From Octopus bimaculoides (Eukaryota): a stretch of DNA of 64,000 bases. Position 1 is the stretch's first letter; every line of letters starts with the position of its first letter. Positions 26,394-39,794 of the stretch are shown here, in pieces. Below the pieces are notes generated by a model that had not been told where the DNA came from, searched no databases, and worked only from the letters and a program-made list of their open reading frames with translations. Where the stretch lies: NCBI RefSeq assembly GCF_001194135.2, contig NC_068991.1:36911257-36975256 (forward strand). The letters run 5' to 3'. Both the position numbers and the translations under genes were made by a program.

Positions 26394-26572
26394 AAGGCGG
26401 TGAACTGACTGAATCGTTAGCGTTGCCGGGCGAAATGCTGAGCGGTATTTTCTCTGTTGCTGCGTTCTGAGCTTAAATGCCACTGTGGTTAACTTCGTCA
26501 TTCATCCTTTCGGGGTCGATAAAATAAATACCAGTTGAACACTGGGGCCGATGTAATCGACTTAGCCCCCCA
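26394..26572 (+). mobile_element. tRNA-derived SINE, family A
   Basis: aaggcggtgaactgactgaatcgttagcgttgccgggcgaaatgc head followed by the core. Confidence 0.88.
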
Positions 26573-26999
26573 AGTCTCCTCTTTGCTCTGGGCAAAAGCT
26601 TTCTTTCTCTGTAGTCCAAAATTCAAAATATTCCTCCGCAACTATCACCACGACTACGAGTGGCGGCAACATAAACTACAGCAGCAGCAACAGCGGTAGT
26701 AGCAGCAGAAACATCAACAACAGGTAAAGCCAATGGAACAACAACCTGCTAAGCATCACTACAACCATCATTACCTCTACAACAGATAATAAGAGCAACC
26801 CTTCCACTTGTAGTGATAAGTCTAACAACACTGCCATGACAAACGAAAGCTACGGAAGCAGCAACAATACAAAGGGTAAACTTTCTTCTACCTTCTCCAT
26901 CATCGCGCTACCGCCAAACCACCTCTATTGTCGGAACAAAAACAATAAACTACGGCAGTAGTGGCACAAACAGTACCGTAAAAGTCAGATCCTTTCCAG

Positions 27000-27460
27000 G
27001 ACCTGCCAACAAATTGTCTAATTTTGTATGGATGACAAACAAATTTACGAATTGCTTCTAGTGCTAGTGAAGACACAAGGAAGAAAAACCGCATTAGTAG
27101 TACTTCCAAAACATCTGGAAAAGACTGCCAAGGAAAAACTAATTTGCTAATGTCTGTCGATTAACATTTGATGAATAGAAACGGCCACACATGCCGCGAA
27201 GTGGAAACATGTTTGGGAGAAATCTGGACGGGCATAGAGCATATCATTAGTATTTGACAATTCGGTACTGTCGAAGTGCGATTCTGGAAGAGGCGCTCAC
27301 ATTGAAGAATTCCATTGCCTCGTATGGGAGTGAGGAATTTAGTCTCTTTCCAACTTGTCTCAGCAGATGGATCGAGAGGGTCAGGATATTCGGTGTGTCA
27401 CCCGATAAGACATCTTGAGAGTTGTGGTCTGTGTCATCCTGGAAGGAGGTGATATTATCA
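27000..27460 (+). mobile_element. Probable third decayed LINE ORF1 fragment (Tx1-like)
   Basis: ILEEALTLKNSIASYGSEEFSLFPTCLSRWIERVRIFGVSPD resembles the ORF1 segment RRVFGIKRVNMPPE at about 17.0 kb. Confidence 0.4.
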
Positions 27461-28262
27461 TCGTAATCTATATAACCAAGACTGAATAAACTTTAACAAA
27501 CTACATTCACAAACAACTATTCACACAAAAACTCATTCTACTGCTTGAATTTATACAACTAACAACCGAAACTTTGGACACAATCATGTCTGCTAAACTG
27601 ACAGATCCTATATGTATATAAGTGTTGAATGATTAGAAAAATGATTGTTAGTAATTAAATTTGATGCCTGCATATATAGACACAAACCACAACTATTAAA
27701 CCACTAGGCTACATAAAACAACTCCTGTTCACTATACTACTCGGCAGATTAAATTTAGAGAACCTTATTTTGGGACTGTCACTAGACATGTTCATTCAAC
27801 CGTGCCAGCATTGATCTTCGGCGCCAAAAATAGTCACATATTGACGAACAAGCGTAATGGTGAATCTACAAAAATTTCGTCATTAGATATGTTCGCTCAA
27901 CCGTGACAGCTTTTAACTAATGCACAAAGCACATTGTCACATGACATTAAAAAGTGGACCTAAAGGAGAACTTTAAAAAATCTCGAAACCTGATCACGTG
28001 ATCATCTTCGGCTAATCAAAACTTATCCAAAACATACTAAATTGAGCTATTTTCTCTCTATAAAACAAGACAATTTTTGAATTCCAATCAGAAGCAGGGC
28101 AGTTGCAGCTTAGCTCCACATCTTTCTATCTCAACTTTCGAAAATCAGAGAAATCTGTGGGACCGGTTAAGTCTTTAAAAATTTTAAATCTAAACTAATC
28201 CCAGTGCATTTTCAATTTCTTTTTTATATATTTCTACTCGAGTGAAATAAAACTTTATTTCA

Positions 28263-28295
<33 letters not shown>

Positions 28296-29219
28296 NNNNN
28301 NNNNNNNNNNNNNNNNNNNNNNNNNNNNNNNNNNNNNNNNNNNNNNNNNNNNNNNNNNNNNNNNNNNNNNNNNNNNNNNNNNNNNNNNNNNNNNNNNNNN
28401 NNNNNNNNNNNNNNNNNNNNNNNNNNNNNNNNNNNNNNNNNNNNNNNNNNNNNNNNNNNNNNNNNNNNNNNNNNNNNNNNNNNNNNNNNNNNNNNNNNNN
28501 NNNNNNNNNNNNNNNNNNNNNNNNNNNNNNNNNNNNNNNNNNNNNNNNNNNNNNNNNNNNNNNNNNNNNNNNNNNNNNNNNNNNNNNNNNNNNNNNNNNN
28601 NNNNNNNNNNNNNNNNNNNNNNNNNNNNNNNNNNNNNNNNNNNNNNNNNNNNNNNNNNNNNNNNNNNNNNNNNNNNNNNNNNNNNNNNNNNNNNNNNNNN
28701 NNNNNNNNNNNNNNNNNNNNNNNNNNNNNNNNNNNNNNNNNNNNNNNNNNNNNNNNNNNNNNNNNNNNNNNNNNNNNNNNNNNNNNNNNNNNNNNNNNNN
28801 NNNNNNNNNNNNNNNNNNNNNNNNNNNNNNNNNNNNNNNNNNNNNNNNNNNNNNNNNNNNNNNNNNNNNNNNNNNNNNNNNNNNNNNNNNNNNNNNNNNN
28901 NNNNNNNNNNNNNNNNNNNNNNNNNNNNNNNNNNNNNNNNNNNNNNNNNNNNNNNNNNNNNNNNNNNNNNNNNNNNNNNNNNNNNNNNNNNNNNNNNNNN
29001 NNNNNNNNNNNNNNNNNNNNNNNNNNNNNNNNNNNNNNNNNNNNNNNNNNNNNNNNNNNNNNNNNNNNNNNNNNNNNNNNNNNNNNNNNNNNNNNNNNNN
29101 NNNNNNNNNNNNNNNNNNNNNNNNNNNNNNNNNNNNNNNNNNNNNNNNNNNNNNNNNNNNNNNNNNNNNNNNNNNNNNNNNNNNNNNNNNNNNNNNNNNN
29201 NNNNNNNNNNNNNNNNNTA

Positions 29220-30590
29220 TATTATTTATTTAAAGGTCACAATACATGTATTTAAGCGCTACTAATAATTTCATATATTGACAAAACTCAAACACAGTCT
29301 TCAGGCGTAAACCACATATCATAACGAACTAAAGAAATTGAATAATAGAAAAAACGCGAAAAAACTGAGAAGGCAGCATATAGAAAACGCAGACAGTAAA
29401 CAACTGAAAACGAAAACAAAAAACAAGCTAAAATTTTAAAAAATAAAAAGTAAAAAGGTAAATGAGCTATCCTCCTTAGACCTTAAATAATAAGGCTAGA
29501 AAGATGTGAAGTCAGTCAGAAATAGACGAAATTTTCCAATTCTTCAGAATATATCTATACATATGCATGCAACTGCTGAAAATTTCTGACCTGGAGTTCA
29601 ATAGAGAGTTAAGGATTTTAGATATGAACAGTATCTAGGCTCTTTCAGCCAAACGAAGTTTACATTTATTCGATTCATTCACATAAGGTATGGACTTCTC
29701 AATTACTTTCCATTTAATCACAAGTGCTGTTTCGTCATCTTTCAAAGTCCATATGTAACTAGCCAACTTAGTAGCTTTACTTTTGTCCCTATGTCAGAAG
29801 GAGGCTATGTGATTGGCAAAGCGATTTTTAAATTCTCCTTCACATAATCCAATATAGGTCTTCTTATCAGTTGTATTATTATTTAAGGTTGCAGTAGCTT
29901 CTGCCTCATATGCGATAATCATACACCGTTGGTCAAATGGACAAGACCCTAGGTCGCGACAGTTGTAACTGGATTCAAGCTCTTGGATTGACCACGTGTA
30001 ATGATACTCTTCATATTGGGGCATCAGCTATATGATAATTTCACAGAACGCCTATTAAGTATTTTCCTGTATCTGCGAGGGGCTGGAAAGTATTTGTCTA
30101 GAAGAGACAGGAATCTTTTACCAATATTAGTTTTTAGGTAAAAGGAAAAGGGAGGGGCGAACCAAATAATTTTCCTAGGGATATTTTTAGGCTTCTTATT
30201 ATCTTGCTTAATACTAGAGTGGTTATGTAATACTTTATTTTTTATGCCACTAGATCTATTATTAATATCTTGATTATTATTAGATGGATTATATGTTAAT
30301 TTATTTTAGTGGCTTCAAAGATAAATTAACATATAATCCCTCTAATCATAATCAAAATATTAATAATAGATCTAATGGCATAAAAAATAAAGTATTACAT
30401 AACCATACTAGTATTAAGCAAGATAATAAGAAACCTAAAAATAGGCCAAGGAAAAATTATTTGGTTCGCTCCTTCCTTTTTACTTAATATAAAAACTAAT
30501 ATTGGTAAAAGACTCCTGTCTCTTCTAGGACAACCACTTTCCAGCCACTAACAGATACAAGAAAATATTCAATAGGCGTCCTGTGAAATT
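29220..30590 (-). mobile_element. Penelope-like element (GIY-YIG, Naiad-like linker) with an inverted 5' duplication
   Basis: Minus strand: YNCRDLGSCPFDQRC (CxCx5Cx5C-like), TYIGLCEGEFKNRFANHIASF, TKLASYIWTLKD..IKWKVI..CKL and LLNSRSEIFSSCMH. Plus-strand mirror: KIIWFAPSF..KTNIGK..HFP..KKIFNRRPVKL. Confidence 0.88.
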
Positions 30591-31030
30591 GTATATATAT
30601 ATATATATACATATATNNNNNNNNNNNNNNNNNNNNNNNNNNNNNNNNNNNNNNNNNNNNNNNNNNNNNNNNNNNNNNNNNNNNNNNNNNNNNNNNNNNN
30701 NNNNNNNNNNNNNNNNNNNNNNNNNNNNNNNNNNNNNNNNNNNNNNNNNNNNNNNNNNNNNNNNNNNNNNNNNNNNNNNNNNNNNNNNNNNNNNNNNNNN
30801 NNNNNNNNGAACCAGCAAGGGGAAGCTACTGACCTCCCCTGTTCGAAGGTTGTAATGGATAAAGGTTCGTGTGTCATATAGCTAGCTAGAGGCGATGGCC
30901 TCTTGGAACCAATCAACGGCAGCATTCGTCTTATTTTCCTGGACTGCCATGTTAGTTTTCAATAACTATTAATATCCATTACTGTTGCCCTGTTGCCGTA
31001 GTCTCCTTTAGAGATATTTAATAATATTAA

Positions 31031-32230
31031 TATCACGTCATCCCTTAGGTTCTGTCCGAATTTTTAACAAAGAAAACAAGTGATCAAATGTAATATTTAA
31101 TTGAAATTTAATCATTAATGTACTTTCCCTGATTATCTATAACTTCCTTCCATCTATTTATAAGCTTTTTAATCCCATCAATGTAAAACTCTTTTTATTT
31201 CAAAGCGAAGAACTCTGAAATGTCAGTTTCGACCTACTCTTGACTTGCGAAAGTTATGTCCCCCAAATGATTTTGTAAACTACGAAACAACTGGTAGTCT
31301 GAAGGAGCAAGGTCGGGAGAATAATGTGGATGAGGATTTTTTCCCAAGCTCTTCGATCTTCTGTGATATGATCTTCGCAGTGTGGGGTCGCACATTGTCC
31401 TGATGAAACAACACTCCTTTTCGATTCACTAAAGCGGGTCTATTATTTCTTCAAAGCTTGGTTCAAACGCTCTAATTGCTGACATTAGACTTGAGCATTG
31501 ATTGTTGCATTAGGTGGTAACAATTCAAAGTGAATTACTCCTTTGCAATCCCACCAGATAGAGAGAAGAACCTTTTTTCCATGAAGTTCACTTCTCGGAT
31601 GTGGTTGAGCTTTTTCCCTTTTACCAAGCCACTATTTACGACGTTTAACATTTCGATAGAAGATCCATTTTTCGTCACCAGTCACAAATCTATCCAAACA
31701 GGATGAAATGAGTTCGCGATAATGGAGAGAAGAGCAGAAGTCAACTCGGGATTGCAGTTGCTTTCGGACAATTCATGAGGCACTCATTTTCCAACTTTAG
31801 GAACCTTTCCAAGTTGTTGAAGATGATGATGGACAGTTGTATGGTTTGAACTAAGCTTTATTGCCAATTCTTCAACTGATAATGCAGGATTTTCTTCAAG
31901 TAATGCCTCAAGGAGCTTATCATCAAACTCAACTGGACATTCTGTTTGATCTTCACCTTCAAGGCTGAAATATCCACTTCTGAATTTTGCAAATCTTCTT
32001 CTGCAAGTTCTTTCATTCAAGCATTCTTTTTCCTATAAACTGAGTGTATGTTTCGAGTCGCTTCGGCTGCAGAGTTTCCTTTTTTGTACTCATAAAGCAT
32101 TATGTGCCTCAAATGCTCTTTGGATACTTCCATGTTAGAGAGGGTTTTAATCAAAGAAATTTTAATTCTATTATTTCGTAAAATAATATTTAATTAGTTT
32201 AAATGTACACAAATGCGTAAAAATAATTTT
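31031..32230 (-). mobile_element. Mariner (Tc1/mariner, D,D34D) transposon remnant with pseudogenised transposase
   Basis: ATG at about 32133. Motifs: MEVSKEHLRHIMLYEYKKG, NERTCRRRFAKFRSG, VPHEL, VTGDEKWIF, IWWDCKGVIHFELL, QDNVRPHTAK and SPDLAPSDY. A possible TIR lies at 31031; I did not find the other TIR. Confidence 0.9.
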
Positions 32231-33457
32231 AAATTCCATTAGACATTCTAAAATACTATTAAATTTTATTCAATTTATGTTATGTTCACCAATAATGTTT
32301 GTATCCAATATGACTTATCGGTATTCTCAGTTTGTTCTTTTTCTAATAGCATCAGCTCCTTCTTAGATAAACTTTCTTTCTGCAACACTAGCAACCCAAT
32401 AACATCATTTCCTATGTTAGACTTTCTATTCCTTACAGAAATTAAAATTATTCGTCATTGGTTTTCCTTTATGGTAGCTAAACTGGCCTTAAGTAGGTTT
32501 TTCGCACTCATTGGAGTGACGTTCCGTCATGAGGCCAAACATCAAGGCACCAATTTAATCGACTCCTTTACTTGACTGGTAACTTATAGCATCGATTACA
32601 GAAAGATAAAAGGCAAAAGGTGGTAACTAAATACCATATATTATAAAGTGCTCTGCTAGTTTGAAGATATCTAAAAACTTACTGTAACTATATTCTCTGC
32701 CCCTTCCAGACTGCTATCCTGTCGAAAGAGATACAAAAATATGTAAACTACGAGTGAAGACCAAGAGAGAAGTTTAACACGGAGTATTAAGAGAGAAGAC
32801 TAAGAGAGAAGAATAAGAAGTGGAGAACTTCAACACTTTAATGGCTTCTTAAATTATCACCGAATACTGTTTTCAATTAATTATCAAGTTTGTTTCTTTT
32901 TATTTCTAACTTAGTGGAACCCACACGTCTATATTACATAGACTTCAAATCATAGACTTCAAGAAATTACGGTGAGAAATAGTTTCGACCAATATTCAAA
33001 TCTATATTACAACCTTCCGGCTTGTTTTGACTCATCCGATAATACTCAGAACTGGCAGAGTAAATAAGAGAAATTATCACAAAATGTTATATAATTCATA
33101 CTTAATGTTTCGTAATTCGAACAGAAAAACTTTTAGATTCCAATCAAAATGTTCACTTCTAAGGTAAACACACTTGACTGGCGCCACCAGTCATTAAGTC
33201 ATCAGCGAATTCTTCGCTTTGCCTTGAGGAGATCTGCTTATTCTTGGCAGTAACCAATTCCTTTCTTTTGGCAACAATAACACTTAGAAGGTGTAGACTG
33301 AGTGGAGCGGGGGAAACTGTGGTGTACCAACATTTACGTATGTCCTATGTTTCAAGTTCAAATTTCAGCAGGGTCGATTATGCGTTTGATTTCACTGAAT
33401 TCCAATACTGCGGTTAATTCAGTCGGCCATCCCAAACTAAAAGCTATTGATAATAAT

Positions 33458-33674
33458 AATCCTTTCTACTAAAGGCTCAAGACCTGAAATTTTAGGGGAG
33501 GAGACTAGACGATCACGTCGATCCCAGTATTTCACTGGTACTTCATTTATCGACCTCGAAAGGATGAAAAGCAAAGTCGACCTCAGCGGAATTTGAACTC
33601 AAAACATTAAGACAGGTGAAATGCCGCTAAGCATTTTGCCCGGCGTGCTAACGATTCTGCCAGCTCACAGCCTT
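33458..33674 (-). mobile_element. tRNA-derived SINE, family A, full length, adjacent to (AAT)n at 33678-33800
   Basis: Reverse complement of the family A consensus. Confidence 0.9.
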
Positions 33675-33678
33675 GGTG

Positions 33679-33781
<103 letters not shown>

Positions 33782-34586
33782 TGATGATGATAATAATAAC
33801 AGGTAAGTTTACAGCGACGTGTCCAAATATTGGATCTAATTTACTCTAATGATGCTGCTAATGTTGAACCCTTATTACGCCAGAAGTAAATTACACTCCT
33901 AATCTATCTCGAAAGTCTTAAACATATCTGCTTCGTGCCCAGCTGAAACTATTGATTTCACATTGAAGTAGTCATTGTGGCAGAGCCTCAGTATGAACAC
34001 GTCGACAGTGTAACCCCTAGGTTTACTATAGAAAAGGACATTTGGTAGGTGGCACATTATACATGCCTCGTTGAGTTCAATTAATCATGTTGATGATAAA
34101 CCGCACAAAACTGAAACACCTAGTAAATTAAATTAATCCTGCGTAATATGCGAATTTTTAGATCCCCAGTAAATGTAATTTGGCGGTTAATTGAGCCATT
34201 TAATTTAAATGTAGCTTCGTCACCCCCAAACAATCTTTGTTACAAAGCATACACCTACACATCTTACGAAGTACCATTTGCGAAACTTTACTCTTCGGTT
34301 CGGATCATCTTCGTTGACAGCATGCGTTATTCTTGGAAGGTAACTTTTCCAGTGACACATTTCAAAATGCGGCAGATGCTTGATTTTAAAATTCCTAGCT
34401 CGCGATTCACTTGCTGCAGATGTGAGATAGGACTATACACATGTGCGGATTTATACACACACATTACACACAGACACACACACACGCGCGCGCGAAATCA
34501 ATTACGTTTTATGTTAATAGTAGTATCAATATTTCTATTTCCATGTGTATTTTATTCATATTCTTTTAGTCTTTTATTCTTTTAAT

Positions 34587-34958
34587 TGTTTCAGTCATTT
34601 GACTGCGGCCGTGCTGGAGCACCGCCTTTAGTCGAACAAATCGACCCCAGGACTTATTCTTCGTAAGCCTGGTACTTATTCTATCATTCCCTTTTGCTGA
34701 ACTGCTAAGTCACAGTGACGTAAACACACCAACATCGATTGTCGAGCGATGGTGGGGGAGACTAACACGGACAACACAAAAATTTGCACACGCGCGCACA
34801 CACACATATGTACGACGGACTTCTTTTAGTTTCCGCCTACCAAATCCACTCACAAGGCTTTGGTCGGCCCGAGGCTATAGTAGAAAACACTTGCCCAAGG
34901 TGCCACTCAGTGGGACTGAACCCACAACCATGTGGTTGGGAAGCAAGCTTCTTACCAA
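34587..34958 (-). mobile_element. SINE family B (tRNA head plus ttgggcaagtgt CORE-like motif, 34808-34958) joined to a second repeat (34587-34780)
   Basis: The reverse complement reads ggtaagaagcttgcttcccaaccacatggttgtgggttcagtccc...ccttgggcaagtgttttctactatagcctcgggccgaccaaagcc. Related copies lie at 38030-38160, 48400-48485 and 53960-54075. Confidence 0.8.
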
Positions 34959-35779
34959 CCGTAATATGTACTATGCTCTACTAACAAATGTTTCTACAAA
35001 ATGTAAAGAAACAGAGAATATATATTAAGAAATAACTCGGTAATTTAATGTTACTGGACACACATTGTCCATTTACGAAAACGTTATACGATTCTCCAAT
35101 AATGTTTACATTATGTCTCATTGATANNNNNNNNNNNNNNNNNNNNNNNNNNNNNNNNNNNNNNNNNNNNNNNNNNNNNNNNNNNNNNNNNNNNNNNNNN
35201 NNNNNNNNNNNNNNNNNNNNNNNNNNNNNNNNNNNNNNNNNNNNNNNNNNNNNNNNNNNNNNNNNNNNNNNNNNNNNNNNNNNNNNNNNNNNNNNNNNNN
35301 NNNNNNNNNNNNNNNNNNNNNNNNNNNNNNNNNNNNNNNNNNNNNNNNNNNNNNNNNNNNNNNNNNNNNNNNNNNNNNNNNNNNNNNNNNNNNNNNNNNN
35401 NNNNNNNNNNNNNNNNNNNNNNNNATATATATATACGACGATTATAAAATACAGTATTATAGATTCATTTCATCCGATTTAGCCAATCGCTTTTGCACAC
35501 AAGAGTGTGGAAAAATACTAACACTCGTTAGAAGTGCTTGAAGGAAGAGTATGATGAGTGCTGTTTACCATGGGCAGTCGGAAAATGTCAGATCCAGTTT
35601 GTAGGCTTTGTGTAAAAAATTAAAGGAAAAACGTTCAGAGGGGAATTTCTTCTAGAAAGGATCGGAGTGCCTTCATGAAATAAGAGTAAATACCTACAGA
35701 GTGGGGTTGGGGCTGGGGTAAGAGCGAGATGGAGTTGATCTGTGTGCAAGTAGGAGCGGAAAGTTCGTATACAGTCTGC

Positions 35780-36130
35780 ACGTATCTAAATACGTGTTTC
35801 TCATCATGATGGTAGGATCGGAAAAACTCACTTTTAGAATTTAGGTAGGTGTCCGGTGGAAGAGTGTTGTATTCTATAATTCTCCGTCAAGCAAAGCCTG
35901 CAACTCTTATTGCTATTGAAGCATGGCTTGCACCTCTTTAGCACTCTCCACTGGATGTTGTCATCCTTGCCACTTTCTGTCAACGACCTTATATACCTAG
36001 TAAAAAACATTTAGCTTCTCCTGGATATTAAAGAAGGACTTGCAGTTGTTAAATCTGGTCCTGAAAGAAACTTCTGTCGCGTCCTCATATTTCCTCATGT
36101 CTATCTATTTACTGGGATCTTTTGACAGAG
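35780..36130 (-). mobile_element. Second Penelope-like GIY-YIG endonuclease remnant
   Basis: Minus-strand fragments ATEVSFRTRFNNCKSFF, YIRSLTESGKDDNIQWRVLKRCKPCFNSNKSCRLCLTE and LNSKSEFFRSYHH parallel the 29.5-30.0 kb element. Confidence 0.7.
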
Positions 36131-36554
36131 GACACTGCAAGAAACCATAATCGATCTGGTCATATGTATGAAATGGAAACTATTTTTCTTCGACCAAATA
36201 CACCTCCCGCGGAGTCGAGCACTTCTGTCTAAGGAATTTCCCCCATAGGATCAAGGAACTAGAATCCTTTCGCAACTACCTCTTGCTAAGGGGACACAGT
36301 ATGAACCACACCGGGTTCTTGGACAGGTGTAAATATAAACATATACATAAACACACGCACATACATATACATACACACATACATGCACACAGATATACAC
36401 ACGGACTCATTTGTACTTACTCTAAGCCACTGGTATTGTTGAATCCGAGGTTGCAGTAGTGATGTCCTTCCCCTGGGTAATTCAGAGCAGGAACACTCGA
36501 AAACACAGGGCTACGTTTCACCCTGTGTGTGTGTCTACATATGTATGTATGTGT

Positions 36555-36603
<49 letters not shown>

Positions 36604-37187
36604 CGCGCATGCGTGCGCGCATGCGTGCGTAAGTGAGTTTGTATGTTTAAACGCTTTTAGAATATTGCGGGATTGAGAAAATGTAAATTTCGTTATACCT
36701 GTCAGAATTTGTTTATATTTTTGATTTTGAAGTGTAAGCCTGTTGCCTTTGACAAAGGAGGTAAGTGATACTTGATGAAGGACGAAAATGAGGTATGCTA
36801 TACTGAATGACGGACGAAACAAGTTAGTTCGATCATCGCTCCAAGCTACGAAGCTTCTGCAACTTTTCCACGATGTTTATTTTCACTGCATAACTAAATT
36901 TATGGCAGTTAAATATATTGTATATTATTTCTCTATACATAATTACATAATCACACACACACACACATATATACGTATGTATGTATGTGTGTGTATATAT
37001 ATAAAATAACAAACTAAGGAAATTCACTGGTACCTCAGTTGAATACCACACAAATATGGCTATTACGCAAATTACAAACAATAGATTAAATAGGGAGATT
37101 CAATTGACAATCCAATAATTTATTTACATTATAATCTAATATACTATGAATATAATATAATGTAAGGTAACATTAAAAATTATTAAA

Positions 37188-37285
37188 AAAACCAAAAGAG
37201 CCAAGAATTTGTTTCGACTTATATACATTATTTGATTTATAAACAATTCAGTTCACTTATATAAGTCTCTTCAGAGCTTTGGTTT
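37188..37285 (-). ncRNA. Candidate type I hammerhead ribozyme (CUGAAGA core)
   Basis: Minus strand: aaaccaaagct-CTGAAGA-GACTTATATA(32-nt loop)TATATAAGTC-GAAAC-aaattctt-ggct(ctt)ttggttt. Perfect 10-bp stem II and a bulged stem I; stem III is imperfect. Confidence 0.6.
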
Positions 37286-37959
37286 AAAGACAGACGAAAT
37301 TCCGCGTGAAAGGACGGCTGGATTGTAAAAAAATTTAAAATGTGAGCGTTAACTTTTCAACTACATAAGAATTACGATTTAAAAAGAAAAAACAAAATAA
37401 TTAAGTAAATAGAATCTACAACTATTGAAACATATTTCTCTATATCTCAAATAATATTAATCCAAATTCGTTTAGGCCGAAGACAATCTTTGGCTATTAT
37501 AATAACATACAACAACAATATATAGGTATATAAATTAAGTATCAGGGTATTACTTAATCTAGGGATTGTAATAAAACGTGTAAATAAATATAAATGATAA
37601 TATACTATTATATTGGTAATATATAACAACTCTTCTCTTTTATTTAAAGCTACTGATATTAAAAAATTGTTTCAAGTAACTAACAGAAGAAAATGTTCTT
37701 TATTTATTTAGTTTATCGGAGGGAAAATTCCGTAATAAATATGAATATAAACTGAGCGCTACAATAACTACATATAAAGAATATGTGGTGTTTAGTTCAC
37801 TGATGATCTAAACCAATAGGTACGCTGCGTTTGTGCTATAAGTGGTAATTTGTTAAGTTCCAATTTAACAACTGACGCTAGAGATCCGAAGTTGCTGGGG
37901 CATAAACACAGCAATACCGGTTCTCAAGCGATGATGGGGGAACAAAGACATACACACTG

Positions 37960-37994
<35 letters not shown>

Positions 37995-38029
37995 TACGCA
38001 CACACGCGCGCGCGCACGCACACACACAC

Positions 38030-38159
38030 ACACAGTTTTCTCAAGGCTCTGGTCGGCCCGAAGCTATAGTAGAAGACACTTACTGTAGGTGTCACGCAGT
38101 GGGACTGAACGCGGACCCATGTGTTTCGGAAGCAACTTCTTAACACAGCTACGCCTGCA

Positions 38160-38160
<1 letters not shown>
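38030..38160 (-). mobile_element. SINE family B
   Basis: caaggctctggtcggcccgaagctatagtagaagacactt...gcagtgggactgaac, the same as the 34.8-kb copy. Confidence 0.8.
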
Positions 38161-38196
<36 letters not shown>

Positions 38197-38522
38197 NNNN
38201 NNNNNNNNNNNNNNNNNNNNNNNNNNNNNNNNNNNNNNNNNNNNNNNNNNNNNNNNNNNNNNNNNNNNNNNNNNNNNNNNNNNNNNNNNNNNNNNNNNNN
38301 NNNNNNNNNNNNNNNNNNNNAAAATAATTACATATATATATAATTAGGAAAAATATATATATACATATAAATACACACACATATATACACGTATATGTAT
38401 ATAATTTATGAGTGTATATATATATATATATATGCGTGTGTGTGTGTCTATACACACACACATTACATTTATACATACGTGCGTGTTTTGATGTGTGCAT
38501 GTGTGTCTGTGTCTAAGTATGC

Positions 38523-38572
<50 letters not shown>

Positions 38573-39794
38573 TTGCAGACATATGTACAAGAAGTTTTTA
38601 AGTGTTATGCTCGGTTTGCACACTTCTTCGGATTAATAGTTTATTCGGAATTTAAGCGTAGCTTAATATCTGTAAAAACAGGCTGGTGTGAAGCTAGCCG
38701 ACACTGCGGCGTCAGAGTATGTTTTAATGCCTGTTAAGAGAACTCATCAAAACCTTTTTTCCTTTTTTTTTCATCCTGTAAGCAAATAATAATAATAATT
38801 TATAATGGCAACTATTTACATATGAGATTCGGGTAGACAGCTTAAATGATGAAAGTTGAGGTTAATCATCTCCCACATAACAACATTTTATGCGATAAAT
38901 ACCAGTTTAAACGATGCATTAATATAACATCTAATTGATGGTACTACAGTGTTTATTTATTTATAACACTTGTAGATGGTGGAGCAGCCTCATTGCTCAG
39001 AAACCCACACAGATACAGACATATAAGCGCGCACACACAGCTTTCTGCATTGATGTAGGTCTCCTTCGATCAAGAAGGTCTTGATTTTTGGAAATCGGTT
39101 CTCGTTGATCTTGATTTCATTCGGATTTGTGTTTTTGTATATCTATAGAAGTTATTACGTAAGATTTATTTAATAGAATTTGATGAACAATGTCGGCTAC
39201 GTAAAAATAATAATTATGTCCGACTTTCGGACGGAGATATGGTTTCAATGAGCTGTACTTACCTCCGGTTTTATGGTGGTTAAATGGGTAGGAGATAAAT
39301 CCTCACCTGCTGGCTAAGACGCTGGTGTTCTTCAGGTGATAGCATTCACAGAAAATATGGTATATATTCCGGACAGGTAGATAAACTGAAGCTATATAGA
39401 ATTAAAACGTGCTGTCCAGATATTTAAGAAAAGAACTATAGTAAATTTAATACAGACAATTTAATTTAAATCCTACATATGATTTTTCTACAAATTATTT
39501 GTTATGGGACCTTCAATATGTATATTTGACTATTTGAACTCGATTTTGTAGTAACCGTTTAAAAAGGCAAGCAGTAACATGGATATTTTGCGTAATGTTA
39601 TGGAAATAAGTGTTTGAAATGATCTGCTCATTGCATCACAGACTTAGCACAGCTGGACAAATTAACAATAAGTTCATCACCAGATATAAACGATAACGCA
39701 AAATTGTTTTGTTGCTGCTGCCCCCGACTCTACTGCAGATTCTATAATAATATTAGCAATAACAACAACAACAATAATAATGATAATGTTTTCA

